Shown in pieces: positions 32,390 through 42,539 of a stretch of 64,000 nucleotides of DNA (its first letter is position 1; each line of letters opens with the position of its first letter). The stretch is from an uncultured Gammaproteobacteria bacterium. GTDB lineage: Bacteria > Patescibacteriota > Microgenomatia > UBA8517. The notes under the pieces were generated by a model. It ran no database searches and was not told the origin of the DNA. It saw nothing but the letters and a program-made list of their open reading frames with translations. A program made the translations under genes and the position numbers. The DNA lies in the NCBI GenBank assembly GCA_964541395.1, contig CAZIPM010000006.1:7169-71168 (forward strand), written 5' to 3'.

Positions 32390-33298
32390 ATGTTAAACTT
32401 AATATATAAAGATATGTCAACTAAAGGTCCTGTTACACCAAAAGGTTTTGGAGATATAAAGCCTGAAGGGGCTAAATCTCGTCGTGCTTTTATAAACAAA
32501 GTTGTACCAATTTTGGAAGAAGCCGGATTTCAACCACTTGAAACACCAACAGTCGAATTTGCTGAAACACTTTTGGGTAAGTATGGAGAAGAAGAAAAAC
32601 TGATTTACCAATTTGAGGACAAAGGTGGGAGAAAGTTAGCTCTCAGGTATGATTTAACTGTACCATTGGCTAGGTTTGTGGCTAATAATTTAGGATTACT
32701 CTCCCCTACATTTTCGAGATACCAAATTGGTCAGGTATTCCGTGGTGAAAACCCCCAAAAGGGAAGGAAGCGAGAGTTTACTCAATTTGATTTTGACACG
32801 GTAGGTTCTGAAGATACGTTAGTAGACGTAAAAGTGATTATAACTACACTTAAATGTAGCCGTGTAGCTGGTCTTAACACAGCAATCTTACAAATAAATG
32901 ACCGTGAAGTATTTGATAATGCAGGTTGCACTCCCGAACAGATTTCTGCAATAGATAAAATGGATAAAATTGGACGCGAGGAGGTTGAGAAAACAGTCCC
33001 CAATCTAAATGAGATTATTAACAGTCCAAAACCAAAAAGACTGGCTGAAATCTTCAATATTTTAAAAGATAAAGGATTCGTTGAAAATACGGATTATATT
33101 TATAATCCCTGTTTAGCACGGGGTTTAAATTATTATACCTCAACAATTTTTGAATTAAAACTAGATAAAACACCAAATGGTTTGTCAATCGGTGGTGGAG
33201 GGAGATACGACAATTTAATAGGTGTGTTTGCAGGAAAAAAGATACCTGCTGTTGGATTTTCTTTCGGACTTGATAGAATAGTTGAACTAACACAATGA
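32390..33298 (+). CDS. hisS: Histidyl-tRNA synthetase, catalytic domain only
   Basis: LRYDLTVPLARF, FRGENPQKGRKREFTQFDFD, ARGLNYYT, GGGRYD, FSFGLDR; stops right after motif 3. Confidence 0.85.
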   Translation: MLNLIYKDMSTKGPVTPKGFGDIKPEGAKSRRAFINKVVPILEEAGFQPLETPTVEFAETLLGKYGEEEKLIYQFEDKGGRKLALRYDLTVPLARFVANNLGLLSPTFSRYQIGQVFRGENPQKGRKREFTQFDFDTVGSEDTLVDVKVIITTLKCSRVAGLNTAILQINDREVFDNAGCTPEQISAIDKMDKIGREEVEKTVPNLNEIINSPKPKRLAEIFNILKDKGFVENTDYIYNPCLARGLNYYTSTIFELKLDKTPNGLSIGGGGRYDNLIGVFAGKKIPAVGFSFGLDRIVELTQ

Positions 33299-34203
33299 AC
33301 CCTGCCAGACTGCGAGCTTATCTTATGTTGTTGGTTGTTGCCGTTATTTGGGGAATTGCAACACCTATTATTAAATACACCCTTGAAGGATTCTCCCCCG
33401 TTATCTTTTTGACTTACAGATTTGGAATTTCTACAGTCATTGCAATAGTCATTTTTGCAGTTACACGTGATCACTTTTCCAAAAACTGGAAGCTATTAGT
33501 ACTTATTTTAATACACGCTTTTTTAAATTCTGTGGTTTCACTCGGACTTTTATTTTTCGGAATGGAAAACACAACTGTTTTAGAAACTAGCTTAATAACT
33601 TTAACTATGCCACTTATAATATCTACTGCTGGAGTTTATTTTTTACATGAACACATTACCAAAAGAGAAAGGGTTGGGATGGGAATAGCAATACTTGGAA
33701 CACTTCTGACTATAATCGAACCTTTAATCAACAACGGTCACAACATGATAAAACTATCAGGTAATATTTTAGTTTTTGGTTATGTTATATCGTCTGTGGT
33801 TACCACTATTATTGCCAAAAAGATATTAAAAGATGGTGCAAATCCTATGACAATGTCCAACATATCTTTTATCCTTGGATTTATTTTTTTCCTGCCTTTT
33901 GCCCTAAAAACTGAAGGATTTACGGTTTCTTCATTGATGGCAGTCCCATTAAGCTATCATTTGGGTGTAATCTATATGGCAGTGTTATCAGGAACTTTAG
34001 CTTTTTACCTTGGAAATAGAGCCCAAAAGACAATTGAAATTGGAGAACAGTCTTTATTTTCATATCTCTACCCTATTTTTGCTCTCCCTCTGGCTGTCTT
34101 CTGGTTGGGGGAAAAAGTCACTCCTACTTTTATTGTTGGAGGCATAATAATTACCATAGGAGTAGTTATTGCCGAAATCAAGAAGAAAAGATATAATACC
34201 TGA
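33295..34203 (+). CDS. EamA/DMT family transporter
   Basis: About 10 TMs with a duplicated EamA pattern (IWG...R; FLHE; WLGE). Confidence 0.9.
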   Translation: MNPARLRAYLMLLVVAVIWGIATPIIKYTLEGFSPVIFLTYRFGISTVIAIVIFAVTRDHFSKNWKLLVLILIHAFLNSVVSLGLLFFGMENTTVLETSLITLTMPLIISTAGVYFLHEHITKRERVGMGIAILGTLLTIIEPLINNGHNMIKLSGNILVFGYVISSVVTTIIAKKILKDGANPMTMSNISFILGFIFFLPFALKTEGFTVSSLMAVPLSYHLGVIYMAVLSGTLAFYLGNRAQKTIEIGEQSLFSYLYPIFALPLAVFWLGEKVTPTFIVGGIIITIGVVIAEIKKKRYNT

Positions 34204-34206
34204 GTC

Positions 34207-34401
34207 ATGGCAGATCCTGAAATTAGGCCATATTTGCTAGCATCAGGGTTAACTGCTGAACAAGAGAGAGATTTTGAAATTTTTAAATCTTGGATAGCTG
34301 AAGTTGCCCTAAAAGGAGACACTGAAAAAGCTAAAATTTGGATGTCGTTGTTAGCTAGTAACAGAAGCGTAGAAAGGAAAATGAATTTACGTTCAAATTA
34401 A
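34207..34401 (+). CDS. Small hypothetical protein
   Basis: 64-aa ORF with TATAAT upstream. Confidence 0.5.
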   Translation: MADPEIRPYLLASGLTAEQERDFEIFKSWIAEVALKGDTEKAKIWMSLLASNRSVERKMNLRSN

Positions 34402-34406
34402 GAATA

Positions 34407-34730
34407 ATGAATACAGCAATACACCCTAAATGGTTTAGCGACTGCAAAGTCACCTGCGCCTGTGGAAATACATTCACAGTTGGTGCTACCGTTCCTACAA
34501 TTCAGGTTGAAGTTTGTTCCAATTGTCATCCTTTCTATACTGGTCAGATGAAGTATTTAGACACAGCGGGACGTGTTGAAGCATTTAAAGCCAGATTGGC
34601 GGGTGCATCCAAAAAAGCAGTCAGTAAAACAGATAAAAGAAAGTTGAAAAGAGAAAAGAAACTTCAGGAAGAATTATCCCGACCTGAAACTTTGGAAGAA
34701 GTCAGAAAACAAGTCAAAAAAGCAAAATAG
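34407..34730 (+). CDS. rpmE: 50S ribosomal protein L31 (Zn-binding, C-terminal extension)
   Basis: [27 protein letters not shown]. Confidence 0.95.
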   Translation: MNTAIHPKWFSDCKVTCACGNTFTVGATVPTIQVEVCSNCHPFYTGQMKYLDTAGRVEAFKARLAGASKKAVSKTDKRKLKREKKLQEELSRPETLEEVRKQVKKAK

Positions 34731-34737
34731 CCCATAC

Positions 34738-35439
34738 ATGGACAACAACTCCCCTCAAACGGTATATCTGGAAACACGTGGCGCAACCGGTGGTGATGAA
34801 GCTAAAATTTGGGCTTCTGACCTTGCCAGAATGTATTTGCGTTATGCTACCAAAAAAGGATGGAAAACATCACCTATTGATGATGGTGTTTTAAAAATTA
34901 AAGGAATAGGTGTTTGGGATGAACTTAAAAATGAATCAGGAGTACATAGAGTTCAAAGAGTACCAAAAACAGAAAAAAGAGGAAGAATTCATACCTCAAC
35001 TGCTACAGTAGTTGTTTTACCTGAAGTCAAAGAGACTGATGTCACAATTAATCCTGTTGATCTAGAATGGCAGTTTACCAGGGCAGGAGGACACGGAGGA
35101 CAAAATGTCAATAAAGTTTCAACTGCAGTTAGATTGTTACACAAGCCTTCAGGTATCGTTGTCCAGTCAAGAGAAGAAAGATTTCAGGAACAAAATAGGA
35201 TAATTGCACTATCACTTCTTAGATCATTATTATGGGAAAAACAGGAAGAGGAGAAAGTTAAAACTATTGCAGGCTACAGATCTGTTATTGGAAAAGGGAT
35301 GAGGTCTGAAAAGATAAGAACCTACAACTTCCCGCAAGACAGATTGACTGACCACAGATTAGGAAAATCTTGGGGTAATTTAGAAGTTATTGTAGAAGGA
35401 AATCTAGAAAAGATATTAGAACTAACAAAAAGTATTTAA
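34738..35439 (+). CDS. prfA: Peptide chain release factor 1, N-terminally short
   Basis: [19 protein letters not shown] (PxT), [16 protein letters not shown]; follows rpmE. Confidence 0.85.
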   Translation: MDNNSPQTVYLETRGATGGDEAKIWASDLARMYLRYATKKGWKTSPIDDGVLKIKGIGVWDELKNESGVHRVQRVPKTEKRGRIHTSTATVVVLPEVKETDVTINPVDLEWQFTRAGGHGGQNVNKVSTAVRLLHKPSGIVVQSREERFQEQNRIIALSLLRSLLWEKQEEEKVKTIAGYRSVIGKGMRSEKIRTYNFPQDRLTDHRLGKSWGNLEVIVEGNLEKILELTKSI

Positions 35440-35753
35440 AAGTGTAGATTTAATCCTCGATCTAAGTCAAGTTTTCTTCTAACAATATTTGAAGCTTCAT
35501 GAATTACCATTGCTTCTTCGTCAAGAGCTAAAGAAACAGGGTCAGTTGGATTTTCCATGTCCCAAGCTTTTTCTGGATAATTTGCTTCATTAAAATCGCG
35601 ACCATTAGCTTCAATGATTGCCGCTTTACACCCTAAACTGTCAGCAGACGTTCTAAGTAATCTAATAGTTTCTCTGGCTATTTTTGGATCACCACCTGTC
35701 GCTTCAATTATTTGATTGGCTAAATCTTCTGCTCTTTCACTATAAGAAGACAT
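35436..35753 (-). CDS. Hypothetical protein
   Basis: 105-aa ORF coupled to the upstream ORF. Confidence 0.6.
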   Translation of the reverse strand: MSSYSERAEDLANQIIEATGGDPKIARETIRLLRTSADSLGCKAAIIEANGRDFNEANYPEKAWDMENPTDPVSLALDEEAMVIHEASNIVRRKLDLDRGLNLHF

Positions 35754-35956
35754 TATTGAATTTCCTTTCCTGCAGTATCAAGCCTATATTCAAGTAGTTT
35801 TGAAAGCCTTTTAATTTCGGCATTTGCTAGTTGGGCTTCATCAGCAGTCCCTGTTCCGTTTCTTGTATCCTCAACTCTACCCACATTTGCATGAATCTCA
35901 CGTCTAATTTGGTTTGAGTCATCCTGCATTAGGTCATTCAAACTTATAGTTGTCAT
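35753..35956 (-). CDS. Small hypothetical protein
   Basis: 67-aa ORF with stop/start overlap and upstream TATAAT. Confidence 0.55.
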   Translation of the reverse strand: MTTISLNDLMQDDSNQIRREIHANVGRVEDTRNGTGTADEAQLANAEIKRLSKLLEYRLDTAGKEIQ

Positions 35957-36105
35957 TATATATAAATTGCATTATATACCCACCATCATTTAAAAATCAA
36001 TCTGATTTTAATTTGGATATATTTGACATACATAATCTTAAATACTACATATCCCTCAAATGATGACTGAAAATGGTTATAATGGAAAAATGGTAGCAGA
36101 TTCTC

Positions 36106-37251
36106 TTACTCAGTAAATTCAGATAAAGTTGTTGAAAGATTTTGTGTGTCTCCATTTCTGTAAATCACCAAATCAATTTTATCCCCTATTTTTTTACTTT
36201 TTATGATTTCCGATAAATCATTTTGATCTTTTAATTCTTTGCCGTCTATTTTTGTAATAATATCATCCGCTTTAATTCCCGCACTTTCTGCAGGAGATCC
36301 AAGCATTATTTCAACTACATAAGCTCCTTGTGGAATATCATTTAAAACGGCTGACTGTTTGGAAATCATTTCATATCTCACTCCCAGATATGCTCTGCCT
36401 ATAAATCTGCCGTTGGCTTTAAACTGATCAAGTGAACTTTTAACTACATTAATAGGTATGGCAAATCCTATATTCTCAGCACCTTGTGCAACTGCTACAT
36501 TAACGGCAATTACTTGACCTGCTGAATTTAATAGAGGGCCACCGGAATTTCCCGGATTTATGGCCGCATCGGTTTGGATAACATCATCCAGTTTTTCGAC
36601 AAATCCTTCAAAAGCTGATCCGGCAGTTATTCCACGTCCCAAACCTGATATAACACCTGTAGTAACTGTATGTCTAAATTCTCCCAATGCGGTTCCAATA
36701 GCTACTACAAATTGTCCTACTTTTAAATTCGATGAATCACCTAAATTAAGTGGAGTCAAGCCATTGGCATCAATTTTAATAACTGCAATATCATTTGCAG
36801 GATCCCTATTGATTGAAACTACGTCATATTCTTTGTCATCACTGGTTATGACTTTATAAGTTCCTGCTGAATTTGAAACAACATGTTTATTGGTAACTAT
36901 AAGTCCATCTTCAGAAACAATAAATCCCGTACCTATATCATTTGGCGTTCCACCTTCAAGTCTCTGATTTAATCCTCCAAATGGATTAAATTCCAAAACT
37001 CTTCTTTGGGGAACTTGAATTGAAATTGTAACCACTGAAGGTGATGATTTCTCAGCAATATCAATAACAGCCGATTCTTCTTTTATTAATTTCTGTTCCA
37101 AAACAGCTGTACTTCTCTTAATGGGTAAAAACTTATCCAAAAAGTTTATGGATACTAACCTATCAACAACAACTCCCCCTATAAAAAGGCTAAAAGCTAC
37201 CGCAAATAATAAAAACAATTTTAAAATTATCGGATTTCTAAGTTTTAACAT
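36106..37251 (-). CDS. htrA: HtrA/DegP serine protease with PDZ domain
   Basis: GTGF, TNKHVV, DIAVI, AINPGNSGGPL, PDZ. Confidence 0.93.
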   Translation of the reverse strand: MLKLRNPIILKLFLLFAVAFSLFIGGVVVDRLVSINFLDKFLPIKRSTAVLEQKLIKEESAVIDIAEKSSPSVVTISIQVPQRRVLEFNPFGGLNQRLEGGTPNDIGTGFIVSEDGLIVTNKHVVSNSAGTYKVITSDDKEYDVVSINRDPANDIAVIKIDANGLTPLNLGDSSNLKVGQFVVAIGTALGEFRHTVTTGVISGLGRGITAGSAFEGFVEKLDDVIQTDAAINPGNSGGPLLNSAGQVIAVNVAVAQGAENIGFAIPINVVKSSLDQFKANGRFIGRAYLGVRYEMISKQSAVLNDIPQGAYVVEIMLGSPAESAGIKADDIITKIDGKELKDQNDLSEIIKSKKIGDKIDLVIYRNGDTQNLSTTLSEFTE

Positions 37252-37320
37252 CTGTTTAGATTATTATAACAGTTTCACCAAAACCGCGAACCTGATATGT
37301 TAATTGTTGATTATCATAAT

Positions 37321-37341
37321 ACAAACTTAAAAATAGCTTAA
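37321..37341. promoter_or_regulatory. CTTAA-N6-CTTAA direct repeat, candidate response-regulator site
   Basis: acaaacttaaaaat is identical to 50257-50270, upstream of the response regulator. Confidence 0.45.
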
Positions 37342-37360
37342 AAGTAAAAGCTAACTGAAT

Positions 37361-38608
37361 TTATTTTAAAAGCTCAATGGCTTTTTGTAACTGTTCGTCT
37401 TCTTCAGTTTCTGTATTGTCTTCAATAACAACATCCGGTTCCAATCCCTTTTCATTAACCCAAGTTTCATTAGGTGTCAGCCATCTGGCCGTTGTAATAT
37501 GTAGTCCTGCACCTTTATCCAGTTGCATAGGCTCCTGAATTGTTCCCTTACCAAACGTTTTCTGCCCTATCAATTTAATTGATTTGATATCTCTTAAGGC
37601 ACCGGCTAAAATTTCGGATGCTGAAGCGCTGCCCTCGTTTACCAAAATGACTGTTTTTGTATTTTGAAATGAACCAATTCCTTCAGACTTAAAGTTAGTC
37701 TTAACACCGCTTCTGTCTTCAATAACTATTGTGGTACCGCTTTTAACAAATTCAGAAGCTAAATCAACTGAAGCCTGTAAATATCCGCCTGGATTATTTC
37801 TTAAATCAATAATTAATCCTTTTACATTTTTATTAGCATTAACTTCATTAACGGCTTTTTTCCATTCTGCTTTGGTTTCGGCTCCGAACTTCAATACCTT
37901 AAAGTGGGCAATGCTCTTGTTTTCACCAGTAAATTCCAAAACAACAGACGGAACATCAAGTTTTTTTCTTTCAATCTCAATTTTTAATGGTTCATCTGAA
38001 CTATCCCGCAGAATAACCAAAGTGACTTTAGTGCCTGCTTTACCACGGATCAGTTTGACTGCATCCGTTAAACTAATACCTACTGTTCCTCTGTCAATTT
38101 TATTCGCTTCATCTAAAATTCCAACTATAAAATCTCCCGCTTTTACACCCGCCTCTTCTGCAGGTGATTTAGGAAGTGGAGCAATAACAGCTAACTGCTT
38201 TCCTTTAAAACCTATCTGAATACCAACACCTTCAAACGAACCCGATAAATCTTCTTCAACAACTTTATTTTCTTCGGGTAAAAGGAATGAAGTATATGGA
38301 TCACCAACTGCTCCCACCATACCTGAAATGGCACCATAAACCATGGCGGCAGGATTTATTTTGGATTTATCATAGTAATTGGCTTCAAGAGTATCCCAAA
38401 CTCTCCAAAAAAGGTTAAAATCCACATCACTTCTGTTTGCAGGTGTTTGACGCTCAATCTCAATTTTAGGAAAAGACCCTGCCTCCAATCTGAATCCTTT
38501 TGCTCCTAGGCTGTAGCCTGAAACAAAAATAGCTCCGACTACTATTGAATAAAGTAAAATTTTTCTGACCAATGATATATTAATTCTGGGCATATTGTGA
38601 TTACTCAT
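37361..38608 (-). CDS. ctpA: S41 carboxy-terminal processing protease
   Basis: DPYT, PDZ, DLRNNPGG, SASASEI, TFGKG. Confidence 0.93.
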   Translation of the reverse strand: MSNHNMPRINISLVRKILLYSIVVGAIFVSGYSLGAKGFRLEAGSFPKIEIERQTPANRSDVDFNLFWRVWDTLEANYYDKSKINPAAMVYGAISGMVGAVGDPYTSFLLPEENKVVEEDLSGSFEGVGIQIGFKGKQLAVIAPLPKSPAEEAGVKAGDFIVGILDEANKIDRGTVGISLTDAVKLIRGKAGTKVTLVILRDSSDEPLKIEIERKKLDVPSVVLEFTGENKSIAHFKVLKFGAETKAEWKKAVNEVNANKNVKGLIIDLRNNPGGYLQASVDLASEFVKSGTTIVIEDRSGVKTNFKSEGIGSFQNTKTVILVNEGSASASEILAGALRDIKSIKLIGQKTFGKGTIQEPMQLDKGAGLHITTARWLTPNETWVNEKGLEPDVVIEDNTETEEDEQLQKAIELLK

Positions 38609-38623
38609 AGTGAAAATACTACC

Positions 38624-38878
38624 TCATGAAATACTTCCTGTGAAGGGCAAGAGCGCTAAATGTCTTGCTCTTTTAACTTCAGAGGCCAACATTCTTTGAT
38701 GTCTCGCGCAGTTACCTGATCTTTCCCTGTTAAAAATCCTCCCACGGTCAGAGACAAACTTTACCATGTCTTCAGATTGCTTATAAGAGGGGTTTGTTTT
38801 TGCTTCGCAAAACAGACAATTGACTGATAATGGTCTTACTTTGATTATCTTTCTTTTAGCTTTTTGTTTTTTTGCCAT
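38624..38878 (-). CDS. rpsR: 30S ribosomal protein S18
   Basis: CLFC, GNCARHQR, KRARHLALLPF. Confidence 0.95.
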   Translation of the reverse strand: MAKKQKAKRKIIKVRPLSVNCLFCEAKTNPSYKQSEDMVKFVSDRGRIFNRERSGNCARHQRMLASEVKRARHLALLPFTGSIS

Positions 38879-38909
38879 GTTTATTGTTTTTTAATTAGAT
38901 TACTATTAT

Positions 38910-39416
38910 TTAGAATGGAATATCATCTCCAGCCGGTTCTTCTGCTTTTTGTTCTTCTTTTTTACTCTTGCTACTTTTGATTGCAACAGGTTTTGATTTT
39001 TCTTCAACTACTTGGTTGACATCAAAATCGTCAGGAATGTTAAATTCATCAGGTGCTGAAACAACATCTGTTCCAGATCCGGCTCCTTTACTATCTAAAA
39101 GAATCATATCCGAAATTACAATTTCTGTGGTATATCTGGTCTGTCCATCCTGTCCCTGCCAGGATCTTGTCTGGATTCTGCCTTCAACGTAGACTTTTCT
39201 GCCTTTTTTAAGTAAGTTGGCGCATATTTCTGCTAATTTACTCCAGGCTACACACCTGTGGAAATCAGCTTCATCTTTCTTTTCTCCCTGATCAGTAGTC
39301 CACTGTCTGTTGGTGGCGATTGAAAAAGTAACAACTGCAGTACCTGTAGGTGTATATTTCATCTCAGGATCTCTTGTTAGATTACCTATCAGTTGGACTT
39401 TATTTAAACTTTTCAT
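38910..39416 (-). CDS. ssb: Single-stranded DNA-binding protein
   Basis: NKVQLIGNLTRDPE, C-terminal DDIPF. Confidence 0.97.
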   Translation of the reverse strand: MKSLNKVQLIGNLTRDPEMKYTPTGTAVVTFSIATNRQWTTDQGEKKDEADFHRCVAWSKLAEICANLLKKGRKVYVEGRIQTRSWQGQDGQTRYTTEIVISDMILLDSKGAGSGTDVVSAPDEFNIPDDFDVNQVVEEKSKPVAIKSSKSKKEEQKAEEPAGDDIPF

Positions 39417-39429
39417 TATTTTTAACTTT

Positions 39430-39711
39430 TTATTCCTTCACTACTAAAAACCTGATTATATTTTCTTCCATCTTCAGTTTATTGTCCAGTTGTTTTACAA
39501 AAGAGGGTTCGATAGACAAAGTAAAAAATATATATGATCCTGTGGTGTTCTTGCCGATTTTGTAAGCCAAGTCTTTTACTCCCCACTCTGAAACCTTTCC
39601 CAATTTTCCTTTTCCAAGTTCAATTACTTTTTCTATAGTTTTGGTTACGGCAGTTTTTTTAGCTGCGGTTGCTTTACCGTCCAAAACAACTGTCAATTCA
39701 TAATTGTGCAT
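39430..39711 (-). CDS. rpsF: 30S ribosomal protein S6
   Basis: YEL, WGVKDLAYKI, IIRFL; rpsF-ssb-rpsR order. Confidence 0.95.
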   Translation of the reverse strand: MHNYELTVVLDGKATAAKKTAVTKTIEKVIELGKGKLGKVSEWGVKDLAYKIGKNTTGSYIFFTLSIEPSFVKQLDNKLKMEENIIRFLVVKE

Positions 39712-39770
39712 ATTGGCAAGTATATCACGATCAAGTTGATATCTTCAATAGAAAAAACTACAATTCCGCA

Positions 39771-39986
39771 ATGAAGAATCTGGAGTGTTTTACCGGCTGT
39801 CCATATAATTTTTTATGTGGTGATCAAGTAAAGTTTCATCTTGAAGATGATTGCAAAGAAAACATCAAAACCTCAGTCCCTGGGGCGAAAGAAGTAGTTT
39901 TTGCAACCAGAATGACTGTTCATGTTTTAAAGGAAGGAACACGTATTAAAACCATTTCAGGTGGCTATATACTAGATCATTATTAA
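39771..39986 (+). CDS. Small Cys-containing hypothetical protein
   Basis: MKNLECFTGCPYNFLC; TACAAT 6 nt before the ATG. Confidence 0.45.
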   Translation: MKNLECFTGCPYNFLCGDQVKFHLEDDCKENIKTSVPGAKEVVFATRMTVHVLKEGTRIKTISGGYILDHY

Positions 39987-40123
39987 TTCAATAGCATTAT
40001 TCTCTTAACTTTGATCCAACTAAGTCTGTTATGATATCAAAAGGATAAGTTTAATTAAAAAATTGCTTAGTAATCTTAGTTGACTAGTTTGACAAAAACA
40101 AATTGAGGTTTAAGATTAGATAA

Positions 40124-40339
40124 ATGGCCAGTGACAGATTATCCCACCCGTTACTTCCTGATGGAAAAGTAATTAAATACAGTGAAAAAGATTTAGAAGA
40201 AGCAAAAAGATTTTCAGTTGAATTAATGGGATCATTGTTAGAAAAATTAGAACCTCAAGACAGAATGAATATAGTGAATTTTGCCAATCAATCCGGTCAT
40301 TCAGATTATTTACCAGTTAAATTTAGGGTTCAATCATAA
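40124..40339 (+). CDS. Small hypothetical protein, probably leaderless
   Basis: TTGACA...TAAGAT promoter shortly before the ATG. Confidence 0.55.
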   Translation: MASDRLSHPLLPDGKVIKYSEKDLEEAKRFSVELMGSLLEKLEPQDRMNIVNFANQSGHSDYLPVKFRVQS

Positions 40340-40374
40340 TCTTAAATATATTCTATAATTTATGCTAATGTTAA

Positions 40375-40587
40375 ATGATGGTCGATATTGATTTACAAAC
40401 AATGGTTGTTGAACTAAGACGTGAGGCAACGGATCAGATTCTAGAGGATCCAACTTCTGCTTATGCGAAGTTGGATGAGGCTAACACATTAGTCAGAGTA
40501 TTGGTAAAACTTAATGGACATACTTTTATAAATACGATTGGTAATAATTTGATAGATACCGAAGCCAAAGTTAGCCTAACAGATTAA
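40375..40587 (+). CDS. Small hypothetical protein
   Basis: 70-aa ORF in gap. Confidence 0.5.
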   Translation: MMVDIDLQTMVVELRREATDQILEDPTSAYAKLDEANTLVRVLVKLNGHTFINTIGNNLIDTEAKVSLTD

Positions 40588-40593
40588 CAGTAT

Positions 40594-41589
40594 TTAACTT
40601 CCTATTTTAAATTCAATTACATCCCCATCTTTTACAACATAATCTCTTCCTTCGCTTCTTACTTTTCCATTCTCACGTGCATTTTTCCAACCATTATTTG
40701 ATGTAAATTCATCAAAACTACAAACGTCTGCTTTAATAAATTTGGCCATGAAGTCAGTATGGATAACTCCTGAAGCCTCCTGGGCTGAAAAACCATCAGT
40801 AATAGTCCAAGCCCTAACCTCTTTCTCTCCTGCCGTTAAAAATGTTATTAGTCCTAAGGTTTTAAATGCTTTTTTAATCAGTCTTTCCAAACCCGAGTTT
40901 TCAACACCCAGTTCTTTTAAGTAGGTTTTTTGATCTTCTTCTGATAAATCTGAAAGTTCTGATTCTACTTTGGCGGATATTGCTACCAGTTGGTCGTTCT
41001 CAAGACCTAATTCCTTGGAATACTTTTCCTCCAATTCTTCTGCATTTTTTAACGCATTCTCGTCTATGTTTATAACAACAAGAATGGGTTTTTTTGCGAA
41101 AAGAGGTAATATTTCAGCATTAGGATTTTTCTTTTTCTCATGTTTTTCGGTCATTTCCAAATCAGCAATGTCAAGTTCTGTTTTAATAGTTTCAAAATCA
41201 TCTTTGGGAGATATTACCCCTTGTTTGATGATATCAGGATCAGAAAATGCACGAACTACATGACAAATGGCATCTACCTCTCTGATGTGTGACAAAAATT
41301 TATTTCCAAGTCCTTCACCTTTACTGGCACCTGCAATAAGTCCTGCAATATCTACAAATTCTACAGTTGCGGGAACTTCTGGAGGAAGAAAGGAAAGTTT
41401 TTCAGACTCTTTAACAGTCTCAGATAATCCCTTAAGCCTTTCATCAGGTACGGGTACAATTCCAATGTTGGGTTCTATGGTAGCAAATGGGAAATTAGCC
41501 ACATATGCTTGTTGTTTTTTAAGTAATGCATTAAAAAGTGTAGATTTACCTACATTTGGAAGACCCACAATCCCTACAGAAAGTGCCAT
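40594..41589 (-). CDS. ychF: YchF ATPase (Obg family)
   Basis: GLPNVGKST, FATIEPN, DIAGL, RAWT, IHTDF, TGS domain. Confidence 0.95.
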   Translation of the reverse strand: MALSVGIVGLPNVGKSTLFNALLKKQQAYVANFPFATIEPNIGIVPVPDERLKGLSETVKESEKLSFLPPEVPATVEFVDIAGLIAGASKGEGLGNKFLSHIREVDAICHVVRAFSDPDIIKQGVISPKDDFETIKTELDIADLEMTEKHEKKKNPNAEILPLFAKKPILVVINIDENALKNAEELEEKYSKELGLENDQLVAISAKVESELSDLSEEDQKTYLKELGVENSGLERLIKKAFKTLGLITFLTAGEKEVRAWTITDGFSAQEASGVIHTDFMAKFIKADVCSFDEFTSNNGWKNARENGKVRSEGRDYVVKDGDVIEFKIGS

Positions 41590-41620
41590 ATTGAATGTAT
41601 TTTATCATATTTATCTATTT

Positions 41621-42286
41621 CTATACTGACATTAAAGTCAGTATATATTCGTACTCCTGAGGTAAATTTCCTTTTATTTTGTCTAAATCTAATTCTTCCA
41701 ATTCCAATAGTCTTTTCAAATCAAAAAAGTCACTTTTACTACTATGTCTATCTTTCGTTGTATCGACACCATTTCTTAATTCATAAAACTTTTGTAATTT
41801 ATGTTTGACCAGCTGTTGTAGATCTCTAACGCAAATTTCAATCGCCACACCTTGCGATTTAATCAGTTTCCTTTTAGAATACTCAACATTTACTTCATCG
41901 GGAGAATTTATGTAAATCTCCACCTTTCTTCTATTAAAGAACTCCTTATCTTCGGCGTCTTCCAAATATTCAACTTTGTTAGGATTTATTTTTTTTATTT
42001 CCCACAAAATTTTCTCTTGCCCTAATATTGAGTCAATTCTTGTAAAAAGATCATCCTTGGATACTTTACCCGTCAAAATAAAGTGAATATCAATATCACC
42101 ATGTGGTCTGGTGATGTCACCTCCACAAAGAGCTTCAGTTGCATATCCACCGAACACAACAAGAATATCCCCTGTTTCTAATCCTAATTTATTTAATGTT
42201 TTGATTGTTTCAATGTCCTTGTCACTTTTTTCAACAAATTCCAAAGTTAACTCAATACCTCTTGTATCATTTTGTAATATATCCAT
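41621..42286 (-). CDS. Nucleotidyltransferase, ANT(2'')/Lnu-like
   Basis: FGGYATEAL...TRPHGDIDI motif. Confidence 0.7.
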   Translation of the reverse strand: MDILQNDTRGIELTLEFVEKSDKDIETIKTLNKLGLETGDILVVFGGYATEALCGGDITRPHGDIDIHFILTGKVSKDDLFTRIDSILGQEKILWEIKKINPNKVEYLEDAEDKEFFNRRKVEIYINSPDEVNVEYSKRKLIKSQGVAIEICVRDLQQLVKHKLQKFYELRNGVDTTKDRHSSKSDFFDLKRLLELEELDLDKIKGNLPQEYEYILTLMSV

Positions 42287-42539
42287 AGCATAATTATATC
42301 AAATTATTCCTTTTTATAATCAAACGTTTTTATTAAATTTCGAAAGTATTATTTTGAAGTAAAAATCAAAAGTTGGGACGGAGAAAATACTATTCCGACG
42401 TTAAGTTGAAACCCCATATTTAGCAGATTATAACAGATAAAAATAATGCTATTACATCACTATATAATTACGGTGTGGCTATAAACTTATCCTTTATTAT
42501 TTAAAAAGATCGAGAAATAAAAACTTATTAGAACCTGGA

